A DNA stretch of 63,609 bases, the filler included, from Dugesia japonica (taxonomy: Eukaryota), in the NCBI GenBank assembly GCA_001938525.1. It is 6 parts of 6 records of this genome, joined end to end, with 100 filler letters (N's around TTAATTAATTAA, not from the genome) between each part and the next. Parts side by side here need not be neighbours in the genome. Positions count along the whole stretch, not along the records: positions 1 to 12,439 come from MQRL01634631.1; 5 more parts are not named here. The stretch is one strand, 5' to 3'. Within the stretch, counting starts at the first letter, position 1. Each line of letters starts with the position of its first letter. The notes below the pieces were generated by a model that saw only the letters and a list, made by a program, of their open reading frames with translations, ran no database searches and had not been told where the DNA came from. A program made the translations under genes and the position numbers. Of this stretch, positions 1 through 12,539 are shown in pieces.

Positions 1-917
1 AATCATCTCACAATAGATAAATAATTTAATATAGTAATCAAAGTTTCAAGACAAACGAAATGGAAATTCAACAGAAATAATATTACTAATTCTGAGCCGA
101 AAGAATTTTACAGAAAGAGCGTATATATTCCTATGCTAGATAACATTATTGGAGATAAAATGGAGCGGTTTTCTGAGAAATCAATCAATTTTGTTGATTT
201 AAATGATTTAATACCGAATAACTTAATAAATACTGAGGAAATATTTCTGAGAACTAAAATCGATCAGATATCTAGTCACTTTGCCGAAGTCTTTGGTAAA
301 GATAAAATAAATTTAAGTTTTTAACTAAATGGGTGAGATTTTATCATTGAAGCAATTCATTCAATTAGAAACTTCTCAACTTTAAAAGAAACGCTTGTTT
401 ATCTGGACGAGGATATTTATCCAATAATATTTTCATTTTTATCCATCATTTTTGCATTACCTGATAGTGTGGCTTAGGCGGAAGAAAATTTCTCATACTT
501 GAAAAGATTAAAGACTTACTTAAGAAATAAAATAGGTCAAAAAAGATTTTTAGGTTATCGTTATTAAATATTCATGGGGATATATATGTTAAAATTGATA
601 ATGTAATAATTTATTTGCCAATGGTTGAAAAAGGAGGCTAGATTTTGTAATAAAATAAAGTTTAATTATTTATCTTTAATGATTTATCTTTAGTTTTGAT
701 TACAATAATATGTAAGTAATTTTATTGTAATGTACGCAAAATTTGGGTGTTTTATTTTTATATTATAAGTAGTAGTAATATTTATTAGGAATGTAAGTAA
801 GTTTCTTGTCAATAAATATGTTCGATGTATTAACTAAACTTTCTCTTAAAATAAAAATATTATTATTAAAATTTTTTTATATTGCCTCTCCATGAAACAT
901 CCTTGTATCCGTGGCTG
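1..917 (+). mobile_element. hAT DNA transposon 3' part (decayed transposase C-terminal dimerisation region plus right terminus)
   Basis: Frames give YRKSVYIPMLDNII... and IYPIIFSFLSIIFALPDSVA*AEENFSYLKRLKTYLRNKIGQKR, matching the hAT dimerisation motif (LP.S.A..ER.FS.L..LKTYLR). The right end reads CAGCCACGGATACAAGG on the minus strand from 917, exactly where the Helitron homology stops. Confidence 0.8.
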
Positions 918-1200
918 AAAACAATTTTAGACATTTCAAGATATGATTTTCAGCGCTTTCATGAATCATCAATCAATATTAATAGTAATTTATGGCACTA
1001 ACTTTCCTACTCATTTCCTCATTTGTTTGTGGATTTTTCATTATGATGTTGAAATGTTATCTATATTCTCTTTGACACAATAAAATCAATGTTTGCAATT
1101 CGTCGTATGAGCGATGAGTTTCTGAGACTTGATGAATATCACCATTTCTGCGATGAAGAATTATATCACGCGAGTTAAATTCTTCGCCAACTAGAACACA
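918..1200 (-). mobile_element. Helitron Rep/helicase fragment (pseudogene)
   Basis: Minus translation LVGEEFNSRDIILHRRNGDIHQVSETHRSYDELQ...HFNIIMKNPQTNEEMSRKVSAINYY*Y*LMIHESAENHILKCLKLF is the conserved Helitron segment preceding the Rep motifs; in-frame stops present. Confidence 0.85.
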
Positions 1201-1374
1201 GTAGCCCAAAGAATATCTAGAATAATTAAAAGGATTGAAGCAAAGAAAAGAAAGAAAAAGTAAAAGTGCAGAAACTATCAATAGGGAAATAATAATATAA
1301 GAAATCGGTTGAAAAACGATAGAAATAGGTTCTGGATCAGAAAATGTAATTATTATTGTCATTATTATTGTGTA

Positions 1375-1406
<32 letters not shown>

Positions 1407-2049
1407 GGAATTATTAAAAAAATAGCGAAATATGAAAATGGGGCGTAGAGAACTCAAATGTGGAAGTACGGAAAAAAAGTTTGAATATATAAGTAGGAAA
1501 TGATGAAACAAATAATAAAAATAATATAATAATATATTAGAAGTGTCTCACGGCCAATTTTATTTATTATAAATAACGGTAACTACCGTTTAATATTATT
1601 ATTATCTTAATTAATTTCATCATTCTGGTCCAGTCACTGTCTGACTAAGGTTCAAATGCAAGTTAAAATTAGTAACAAATAAGTTATTCATCCTAATCCA
1701 GACAAAAACTTCAAATAGTAACCAGACGGGTCATGCGAGGTCATATGAGGTGTCCAAACGAAAATAAAATGCTGCCTAGGTATTGTGTTCAATAATGTTT
1801 GCCACATCAGGAAGTAGAAGCCAAAATTATTGAACAGTAAATTTTATTATTTTTATTTTATCCATGATTTACACTAATACCTTACATGTCTCGAGTACCC
1901 TAAAGAATCGGATGATCAAGCTCCAGAGACAAAATTGGTAAAGAGGTGGTTTGAAACATAAATGAGTGGTAAAATTTAAATTGAATAAAGGTTTTGGAAA
2001 TTTAAAAGCAACTTAAATATAAAAGCCTAGAATCCCAACAGAAAATTCT

Positions 2050-2700
2050 AATTAAACTATGTAAAACTCATTATAGCATCATATAAAACTCATAAAATAT
2101 CTAAATAAAACCTCTCTAAAAATCTATAAAGTCCTTTAAAATACATAAACACCCATAAATACCTNNNNNNNNNNNNNNNNNNNNNNNNNNNNNNNNNNNN
2201 NNNNNNNNNNNNNNAAAATTCATGAAAAAACCTATAAAACCCATAAACATTTATGAAATATTGATGAAACCACGAAAATTCATAAAATAAAACTCAATAG
2301 AACCTTATAAAACAAATTATAACATCATTTAATAACTTTATTAAAATTCTAATAAAGTAATTATAGAAACCATAAAACATAAAGAATCCTATTAAACCTT
2401 GTAAAACCAATTATCACATCATGTAATAGTTTTATAAAATATCATTATAAAGCCCCTATAAAAACCTTATAAAACTCTTAAAATGTATTAAGACCTCATA
2501 CATTCCTTAAAATTCATGAACACTACATAAATTCCTTAAAGTTCACGAAAAACCATTAAATTCCCTTAAAATTCAGAAATTCTCCACGAATCCTTAGATT
2601 TCATGAAAACATGTAAAATCCATAAAATAAATTCAAGAAAAACCCCATAAACCGCTTAAATTTCAGGAAACCCCTATAAATCTCTAAAAATTCCAAAAAA
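2050..2700. repeat. Degenerate A/C-rich tandem repeats upstream of pPolB (probable subterminal array)
   Basis: Many AAAACCYATAAA / AACTCATAAAA / CCTTAAAATTCATG units. Confidence 0.55.
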
Positions 2701-2789
2701 ACCCAGTGTTTCGTCATAATTTGAAAACCAAGAAAATAAGTGTCTTTTTTTCTTGTAAAATACTTTAACATTTATTTTAGAAAAATAAA

Positions 2790-5080
2790 ATGAATACAAA
2801 TACTATGAATGAAAACCTAATGCAAGGAATAATCAATGAAGTAATTTTAATTTATTTATTAATTTAATTNNNNNNNNNNNNNNNNNNNNNNNNNNNNNNN
2901 NNNNNNNNNNNNNNNNNNNTGAAAATTATGGGAATAATAAGAGAAGAATAATTACAACGATTAACGATGATTATATTCGAATATCAAATTTTAATTAATC
3001 ATTTGTCAGTCTTCCAGTTAAAGGTTAAGAATTTGGAATTGAAATCGGTCCAAATTCCAGAAAATATGAGACATCAGGTCCAAGAAGAGGTCATGAAATT
3101 TAAAAATTGTAAAGTGCAATTTGGATTCCATGCAGAATTTGAAAAGAAGAATGGTGATAAAGAAGAGATTAAAGAATGGTCATAGTTGTACAAGGCAATG
3201 GATTACTAAGATGATTTTTTAGATAAATAATAGAAAAGGCAAATGCTGAAATTTCAATGTATTCAGAGCTCAACACTGAATAGAAAATAAAAAGAATATT
3301 AAAGCTACGATTTATTTTGACGAAATATGTTCCAGTAATTTATTTATCCGGTCGATCATACATTTCGAGTCCTCCAACATTACATAGATCCAGTACAATG
3401 GTGAATGTACACAATAAATGTTTTATTTATAGCATATTGGCGATACTTAAATACGATTTAATTAAAGATCATTGACGGAGGTCACAAAAATATAATAGCT
3501 TCCTAGATGAATTGGAATTTGATGAGCAGAAGATGCCAATGACTCATCAAAATTCCAGAATTTGAAAAGAAAATAATTTAACGATCCCATTATTTAAACA
3601 TAATCAAACTATTGATAAAGAAGAAAATGAAATTTTATATAAAAACCCATATGTCGAACAAAAAATCCAAATGGACACCCTATAATTTTACTGGTTTTGG
3701 AAAATGATCAAGAGTTTCATTATACTGTAGTAGTAAATTTTGATCGATTGCTGAATTTAAATGATCGAACACAGAAAATTCAAATTACAAAAAAATGGTG
3801 TATCAAGTGCTTACATGGTTTCAAGACTCAATCCACATTCGATCACCATGTTGTTCTATGTACATCAAATACTGAGAATACAAGTAGATAGATAGGAGGA
3901 CACCAGAACAAAGTAGGTCGAAGGGGTGGTCCCCGGTTGCCATGGCAACGGCGGACCCCCCCCTTCGACCTACTTTGTTCTGGTGTCCTCCTATCTATCT
4001 ACTAATACAAAATTAAATAAAATGCCAAAAGAAAAAGAATGGAAATTTAAAGATTACAGAAAAACAAAAACACCGACTTTCGTAATATATGCAGATATTG
4101 AAGCAATCCTTATACCAAAAGGAGATGGTAGTCTAGTAAAACATATGCCAATAGCTGCAGGGCTTTTATTGATTCCATTATTAGAATTAACAATGAAATC
4201 CAAGTACTATTCTTTTCAGGTGTAAACTTCCAGGTTAAGGTTTTATAATGTATTGATGAATTTTCAAAGAATGTAGTAGCTTCTTGGTATACGAAAAATA
4301 TGTTTACAGAAATGAACTTGACAACAACAGAACAAAATGACTTTACGAAAAGCATAAATTGCTACATGTGCGGAAGTAATAAACACGAGCTGGTTCGTGA
4401 TCATGATCACAATACTGGAAAATACCTCAGCGACATGCAATCAGATTAGAATCGAACATGATTAGAATCAAGTTACCTGTTGTGCTTCATAACTTTAAAG
4501 GTTATGATTCACATTACATTATCAAATATGTACTCAAACAATTTCCGCATTGGAATCTCAATCCAATTGCACAGAAAACTGAAAAACATTTGGCTATGTT
4601 AGCACATATTAGAAATGGTGTCACAATATTATTTATTGATTCATTCTACTTTCACAGTTCCAGTATATCATCGTTGACAAAAACCCTTGAAAGCTAGTCA
4701 ATGACATCAACTGAATTTATTTATGTTCAACAAAGCGAGGTTATATTCCCATACAAATTTGCAACTTCGTATGAAATGCTTATAAATAAAACCAAGTTAC
4801 CAGCACAATGGTTAAAAATAAATAGTGAAGAATATGAAATCGCAAAGTCAACATGGATAGAATCAAAAAGCAATAATTTGTTGGAATACATGATTTACTA
4901 TATGAAGCTAGATATATACTTGTTTGCCGATGTATTTCAAACATTTCGCAAAAAGGCACTTGAAAAACATGGATCGGAGCCGTTACGATTTGTTTCATTG
5001 CCAGGATTGAGTTGTTCAAGTGCTCTCAAGTCGATGGATAGACCAATAGAATTACTCCAAAATGCTGAAATGCATCGTCT
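2790..5080 (+). pseudogene. Protein-primed family B DNA polymerase (Maverick/Polinton type), N-terminal and exonuclease half
   Basis: Ordered motifs across frames: WCIKCLHGF..HVVLC, FVIYADIEAIL (Exo I), CYMC..VRDHDHNTGKYL (EndoVII-like), PVVLHNFKGYDSHYII (Exo II), FIDS, FPYKF, YMKLDIYLFADVFQTFR (Exo III), SLPGLS. Many stops and frameshifts. Confidence 0.9.
3883..4003. mobile_element. 121-bp hairpin mini-element, AGTAG...CTACT termini, 6-bp TSD
   Basis: 44-bp perfect terminal inverted repeat (3883-3926 with 3960-4003), near-palindromic to the centre; AATACA duplicated at 3877-3882 and 4004-4009; interrupts the pPolB coding sequence. Confidence 0.92.
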
Positions 5081-5198
5081 NNNNNNNNNNNNNNNNNNNN
5101 NNNNNNNNNNNNNNNNNNNNNNNNNNNNNNNNNNNNNNNNNNNNNNNNNNNNNNNNNNNNNNNNNNNNNNNNNNNNNNNNNNNNNNNNNNNNNNNNNT

Positions 5199-6258
5199 CA
5201 CATTCATATGCTTCCTCATATTCATCGTTTGTATTAATATCTTCTTCTTCAATCGCATGTACTCGATTATACCGGTTTTTTGATCTATCTCCAGTCAGAA
5301 ATTTCTCACTTTTTCATTTTCAAATTTGTGTAGGACTCTTCTTCCCTATGTTCACCATTAACACATCGTTTACACCTCACTTCTTGACATAACCTTATAA
5401 TATGGCCAACCTTTCCACAACCAAAACATTTTGTTGGTTTTTTATTTGGACAATCTCTACTTATATGTCCTGTTTTATGACAACTCCGACACTCTACCAC
5501 TTTTTTTATCGGACAATTTGCTTTAGTATGACACATTTTTATGACATTACTAACATTCAATCTTTTGTTTTTCCTTTCTTTGATCCACATGTCTATTCAC
5601 TGTAGGATTTCAATGTTTTCTGATAATTTCGACTTGTAAGCCTCGTGTAACTTCTAACTGCATAAACTTTATCTCTGTTTTCTCTACTCGATCTACTAAC
5701 GTATTTGTTTCTTTAATTTCTTTTATATTCTCTCGTTTCCGCAACGTCACTTCTTTTTCAACTTTTTTGTTATCTGAACAATATAATAGCTTCTTCGCAA
5801 CCATTTTTTCCTTAGTAAAATCTTTATTTGTAAATAATCTTTTAACTAAATCTTTTACATTTTTAAAATAAACTTGAATCTCTTCATTTCCACGCCTGTA
5901 GTTAATCAAATTTAGAAAATCTTAGATGACATCTTTCTCTTTCTCAAATGCAATACATAAACGAGCCTGAAAACCTTCAACTTTTTTCAACGTCTTTGCA
6001 TATTNNNNNNNNNNNNNNNNNNNNNNNNNNNNNNNNNNNNNNNNNNNNNNNNNNTTTCAACGTCTTTGCATATTCTTCCAACAAATCTTCATCTAACAAA
6101 CAAGAGACTAATCTTTTCTGTTGTTTCATATGGGTAATATTTTTAGTCTCAAAATGCAATTCGCACTGCTTGAGAAATTTCTCAATATCATCTCCTCTGC
6201 AGAACACATTTGGCAATAACCTATCTGTAATAGAATCAGTATTTACCACTGCCACCAT
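5199..6258 (-). pseudogene. Ty3/Gypsy-like gag with multiple CCHC zinc knuckles
   Basis: ORFs 5977-6258, 5610-5909 and 5306-5590 in series; CRSCHKTGHISRDC, CFGCGKVGHIIRLC and CKRC..GEH knuckles; N-terminus F.RGDDIEKFLKQCE. Confidence 0.8.
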
Positions 6259-8107
6259 GTTAGGTAAATCATCAATTGATAATCTATTTTCAAAATCACA
6301 ACTATTTTTAGACTTAATTTATTTCAATTCACACAGCTATCTTACTCATATTATCATATTAATATACAATTAAATCGCTTTCTTTTGGCTAAAATGATTA
6401 ATTAATAATTATTTCCTTATAATATTATTTATTATTATTTTTTATATAATAACTTGTTTACCCACGCGCAATATTTGTTTAAGTGGAGTCAGAATAATTC
6501 CTTGTTGGATATCTTCGCCTACGAGAATCTAACAGATAGAAGGACTTGGATCAAAGGAGTACGAGCATGCACTCGAACTACGGGTTGCGAGTCACCAGCT
6601 TTATTCCGAAAATCTAGACTTTGGACTTTAGATCAAATTCTTCGTGAGGTTTTGCTAGGCTATGTTATCCTAGATATTAATTAAATTTGAGCTGCTTAAA
6701 TGGAACTCTTGAAAAATATTTGAAAACATTGAAAATTGAAGATATAATTTTCTAATTATCAAGACATTAAAATTTAGAAATTTGTTAAGATATCTAAATT
6801 TGTGGTGCTCAGAATTCCATACATTTATATCTTCTTTTCCAATAATTTCACCATTACATGAAATTCTCTTATTGATCTTTCAATTCTTGTTACTTATAAC
6901 ACATTATTAAAGAAGATTTGATAATTCCTAACTTGATACTTGAACAATATCATTTCCTCTACCACTTATAACTGTTAGATATTGAATAATGTAAAGATCC
7001 ATTTCATTGCTTAATGAAGAAATAAATCTTTTCCATTTATTCCAGTTTTCAGGAAGTGTGATTTCATGAGGCAATAATATATTATCAGTAACCCTCGTAG
7101 CTCCGTCATACTTTTCTTTAGTATGGCAAATATCTAATACTGATGTTGCTGTAAAACACCTATACAATAAATTCTAAAAAGCACAGATATACAATTTAAC
7201 AAAATTGGACTGAAATAATAAATTAATTTAAAAATAACCAAATAAATTAAACAAGTCAATAAATTAAGAAAAATAGGTCAAAATAAAAAAGGCAAATCAT
7301 GTTAATTAATAGAATAGACTTAATTAAATAATAAATAAAATAGATAAGACAATTTATTTAAGAAAAAAAATTATTATTTTTAATTAAGAATTAATTGTGC
7401 TTTGATCCAAGGTAAAGCTATATCTTTATAACAAAGATTCATAAAAATTATTTAGAACGGAAATTAGCAATTTAAGCTTAAGATAAAACAGTTTCTGAAA
7501 GAAAAGGTTCTAAAACCTTCTCTAAAAGAATCTAAAGTGGCATTAAAAATCATACAATAAGATCACACCAACAAAAATTGTATGATGTACAATAACCAAT
7601 TGGATAGGGTCTTGTGACCATAGGACCAATGAGAAACCAGAAAATTATATTTTTGAAAAGATTAACCAACAAGGTAATAGTAAGCATGTTCCTAGACCCT
7701 AAAATATTCTGTCAAACTATTTCATTAAAAAAATTTATCTTCTCAAAAACATTTCTAAAAATAGATTGTCGTTTGCGAGATTGTTTTTTTAAAAAACGGA
7801 GCTAAATTTTTTGTAAACTGAGCTGAAGTTTACTTTAAAACTTTTGTAAAATAATTTGTAAATAAATGGAATTAAATTACTTAAAAATGTGTGTAATAAA
7901 TATGAAATTTTTACTTAATCAAATTTTTTAATTTATAATTTGTAATAAATTTATACTTTAAAAATTATATATACAGTCAACTCCGGTTATAGCGAAGTCG
8001 TATTATCCAAGAAAATAACTTCGCTATAACCGAAGTTGTCAAAATCGACTCGAATAAAATTTTTATTAAAGATTCATTAAATTAAACAATCAATTTAACA
8101 ATATTAC

Positions 8108-10296
8108 CGTAAGGATTAAAAATTGAAAATCGGATTTTAAAGTTTGAAGAAAATGTTATAAAAGATTTCAAGAATTTTTTAAAATATTTAAAATGTTTGT
8201 TTAAATATTNNNNNNNNNNNNNNNNNNNNNNNNNNNNNNNNNNNNNNNNNNNNNNNNNNNNNNNNNNNNNNNNNNNNNNNNNNNNNNNNNNNNNNNNNNN
8301 NNNNNNNNNNNNNNNNNNNNNNNNNNNNNNNNNNNNNNNNNNNNNNNNNNNNNNNNNNNNNNNNNNNNNNNNNNNNNNNNNNNNNNNNNNNNAACCTGAG
8401 AAGCTTCCTCGGAATATGCAAATATTACAGAATATTCATCAAGAATTATTCAAAGAAATCAAGAGCTCTAGAAGAATTGTGTGGAAGTAACAGCATGAAG
8501 CTAATAAAGTCAGATGGATGTGAGAAAGCTTTCGCAGAAATGAAACAAGCACAGATAGAAGCACCTATCTTAGGATTTCCTGATATACAGAAGACATTTA
8601 TTTTAGATACTGACGCCAGCTTCGACTCAATAGGAGCGGTCCTATCACAAAATGAAGATGATGGAAGAGAAAGAGTTATTGCTTACGGCTCACATGCAAT
8701 GATATCACATGAGAAGAGTTACTGTGTCACACGGAAGGAATTACTAGCAATCTACTACTTCTGCAACCACTTTAAACATTATTTATATGGAAAAAACTTC
8801 ATAACGAGAACAGATCCCAAGGCCATCGTATTCATGAAAAAACCAATAACACCTCAATTCCAGACATGGATAAATTACCTTAGCAGCTTAGACATGAAAT
8901 TAATATATATACAAGGCGAAAAACACACAAACGCAAATATGCTCTCAAAAATGAAATGCGGAACGTGCCCTCAATGTCAAATGTAATATGAAAATCCAAA
9001 GATGGGGAAGATGAAAACAAGACAGATAAATCAGATGATAAAGATAGAGAGATGTAAATGGCAAGAANNNNNNNNNNNNNNNNNNNNNNNNNNNNNNNNN
9101 NNNNNNNNNNNNNNNNNNNNNNNNNNNNNNNNNNNNNNNNNNNNNNNNNNNNNNNNNNNNNNNNNNNNNNNNNNNNNNNNNNNAAGAGATACATACATTG
9201 TTAATACATGCAGGGACAGAGAAAATGATCAGCTATATAATCAGCAACTCCGACATGAAAGAACTGAAAAAGACAATAACAGAAGTGATAAGACAGTGTG
9301 AAGCGTACCAAAAGAACAAAATTAATACGGTGGCAACAAAAGAGACAACAGTAAAATTAAGCGCAGATTGTTCATTTGAAAAGATAAATGTGGACATATG
9401 TGGACCTTTTCGAGAGACTGTGAACAAACGAAGATATATACGTGGAATAATAGACCAATAAAGTCGATACGTAAGCCTAACGGCAATCAGCAAGCATGAT
9501 GCTGAGATAATTAAAAAAGTGATAATGGAAAAATGGATCCTGAGATTCGGAGCACCAAGATAAGTTCACGCAGACAGTGGTAAGACATTTTAATCGAAAA
9601 ACTTCAAGAATCTGATGGAATTGATGAATATAGAAATAGGTTTTTCAATTCCATACCATAACAATACAAACGGAATTATAGAGAGACAATTCCGCATAAT
9701 TAGAGACTGTATTAACACAGCTGCAGATAGAAGAAAGGATTTGGGTTACAGGATACTGGAGATTGAATACATGATGAATGCAGCAAGGCAAAAGACATTG
9801 GGGATATCACCAGCAGAATTAGTATTCAGTAGGAGAATTCACAGAGAACAATGGTTTGACAGCGAAAACGATGAAAAAGAGTTAATGGAAGAAACACCTA
9901 CAAAAAGACAATTTCAAGTTGGATACGAAGTATTGATTAAACTAGAAACTAGAACAAAAGACAATGGAAGATACGCTGGTCCATACAAGATCACGGATAC
10001 GGTACATGAGAGAAGATTTCGTATACGAAATACAAAGGGAAAAGAGCTAGAAAGCAACGTAGAAAAGCTTAAAAAAATTCTTTTAATCGAGGGGGGTGTA
10101 AGGATAAAAAATTGAAAATCGCAATTTAAATTTTGAAGAAAACTTTATAAAATATTTCAAGAATTTTTTATAATATTTAAAAGTGTTTGTTTAAAAACAT
10201 AGTTTTTTGGAAGATTTGAAGATTTGAAATTTTGTGTTATAAATAAAAATTTATTGAATTTAATGGACTTTTCAGAAAGTTTATCAGTAACTAACA
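8108..10296 (+). mobile_element. Ty3/Gypsy LTR retrotransposon, internally deleted or gapped, 5-bp TSD
   Basis: 5' LTR from 8108 (CGTAAGGATTAAAAATTG, runs into gap); 3' LTR 10097-10296 (TGTAAGG...AACA) preceded by polypurine tract GAGGGGGG; ATTAC duplicated at 8103-8107 and 10297-10301. Confidence 0.9.
8393..10090 (+). pseudogene. Gypsy pol remnant: RT connection/RNase H and integrase
   Basis: FILDTDAS..IGAVLSQ...VIAYGS...YCVTRKELLAI...YLYG..F..RTD (RNase H); HAG...C..Y (Zn finger remnant); FEKINVDICGPF, FGAP..HADSG, PYHNNTNGIIERQFR (DDE); GPY motif. Confidence 0.9.
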
Positions 10297-12439
10297 ATTA
10301 CTATGTCTAATATTTATGGGAAAATAGTCCGTCATCTTATGTGACTTAGAATTTATAACCAATTGCTGAATACTATTTTCAATCTTATCCAAATCAGAAA
10401 GCCCTTGATAATTATTTATTGATTCATTTTGACATTGCAGAAACCATCGCATTCTAGTACCTCTTTTGCTTGTAGAACCTAGACAATTGAATCGAAATTC
10501 TCCTGGATTAAACAGTAGAGTCTATAACCTCATCTTCATTTGCTTCTTGAATAGATTTCACTATTTCTGCGTCGTTTAGTATAAAGTTAGTAGCCACGTT
10601 ACTATCTGCATCTGTATTGTTTTATATTGTTCTTTAATTGCGACCTCATATTGAGCGTGTCGGTAGAAAGATTGCAGTCTTATTTAATAATCCCACCATG
10701 AATCCAGCGAATGGCTATTGTCATTAGAAGCACACTATTCCATGCTGTAAGCGCAATGTTCATAGCGTTTTTTAGATTTATATCGGTTTTTGAGCCAAAA
10801 TAAAATACAGCCAAATATTTCTTCATTAAGAGCGTCTAATAGTTAATTTTTAAGTTTCGGATTATTCCTTCATCGCAAGGCTGTATTATTGAAGTTGTTA
10901 TGGGTGGTAAAAATGCAATTTTGTTATTTTTTAGCCCTGGGATACCTTGTAGCGCGAAATTATTAAGTAATAGGAGTGTGGGTATGTTTTGAAAATGGGG
11001 ATGAAATTTTTGTGTAGTTGGAAACGTTTTTCTTACAATCTTTTTTAAAATTATAAAAGTTAGAAATTAAACAAGAAATGAAATTAAATTTTTGGACAAA
11101 AATTAAGAATTATTTTAAATATTTTTATACATAATTTATTGTAAATATTTTAAAAATGACTATTTTTGTAAATGTCGAAAATATTTTAATCAAAAAATTA
11201 AATAATAAATGACTATTTATGTCAAAAATAATTGAAAATTTAATAATAAAATAAAATAAAAATAAGATATTTGTGGAGTTCTTCAATATAGTGCTAAGGG
11301 AAGACTATGGCATGTTGTGTTTTGCGTCAATATCTGTCTTTTTTCTTTTCTATCTCATTCTCCTATATTATTTGGAGCTTAACTGTAAGGAATAGAGAAG
11401 TTGGTTTTCGCATTTTATCATACAATCTGCTGTAGATACAAGAAATATTATTTTTTATAGGAGTTGAGAAATAAATGAAAAAATTTCTGATTTAGACAAA
11501 AAGCAAATATGAATAAAAGTGAAATAATATGGCACTAAAAACCAACGACGGATCCACGAATTTTTCATGGGGCGATAGAAAAAGAATTACTTCATTTATT
11601 ATGTAATCGATCGGGAATTAAAGTTTTAGTTTAAATAAAGTGAAATTAATGATTTTTTGTTTACATTTACTAAAATTAATTTTTAATTAATTTTCACGGA
11701 AATCCAGTAGAAAAGTCCATTATGTTTAAATATTTAATTTTTAAAATAATGAAATAAAACATTTTCATAATTAAGGCTTCGGCCAAAAATTTTTTTTTCA
11801 ATTTTTATTAGGGTTAAAAATTTTAAAAATTTAATTTTCTTCGGCACAATTTTTCGACTTTATCTTCTTCAGAAGTTGTGTTTAAATAAATTGAATAAAT
11901 CAATCACAATTCTCGAAAAAGATAAACTCGAACATTTGGGGAAGTAAGATAAATTTTTGAAAATTTTAACCTTACTAAAATTTTTTAAAAAAACATTCTG
12001 TTGAATTAAGCTTTAGTTTATTTTGTTAATTTTAAAAATATTTAATTTTATCATTCAGAGATAAATGGTTAAAAAATTTTAAAAAGTAAATAATTACCAA
12101 AATATAAACTTTCACAATAAACAGAATTTTTTTACAAATAATTCAAATTTTCATTGGAATCTGGGTGAACAGTTCAAGTTTTTCAAAAATATTTTTTATG
12201 CTCAGATTTCCAATACTTTTATACTAATCTGTTTTTTTGGTTTTTTCAATAGTTTACATAGATTTTTCGAAAAATAAAAAGTATTTCAAATTTTATCATC
12301 AATACATCTGTTCGATAGATAATTTTATGCTGAGTAAGAATAACCCGGGTAAAAATCGCCAAAAAGTATCTCAGAGGAAATAAATAAAAATAACAATAAA
12401 AAACTAACAAGTACAATTTCTATATATGGTTAATTTTTA

Positions 12440-12539
12440 NNNNNNNNNNNNNNNNNNNNNNNNNNNNNNNNNNNNNNNNNNNNTTAATTAATTAANNNNN
12501 NNNNNNNNNNNNNNNNNNNNNNNNNNNNNNNNNNNNNNN
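12440..12539. other. Artificial scaffold spacer N44-TTAATTAATTAA-N44
   Basis: Six-frame-stop 12-mer at 12484-12495 flanked by exactly 44 N each side. Confidence 0.97.

Larger units (their letters stand above)
7974..10978 (-). mobile_element. Tigger/pogo-like DNA transposon 3' part, split by an LTR element
   Basis: TA then CAGTCAACTCCGGTTATAGCGAAG terminus at 7974 with an internal inverted copy. Minus translation near 10830-10978, LLLNNF..LKNNKIAFLPPITTSIIQPCDEGIIRNLKINY, is the DDE_1 motif (FLPPNTT..QP.DQGII). Confidence 0.8.

Noticed and set aside
1544-1810. Possible solo LTR with PBS on the minus strand
   Set aside because: No second copy, TSD or clean TG...CA boundary could be confirmed.
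3926-4225. ORF beginning MVPGCHGNGGPPP
   Set aside because: Chimeric frame created by the hairpin insert reading into pPolB, not a separate gene.
5984-6074. Direct repeat TTTCAACGTCTTTGCATATT
   Set aside because: Flanks a 50-N gap exactly; most likely unmerged contig overlap.
6440-7167. Possible host exons (ORFs 6454-6684 + and 6928-7167 -)
   Set aside because: No recognisable domain and no consistent splice model.
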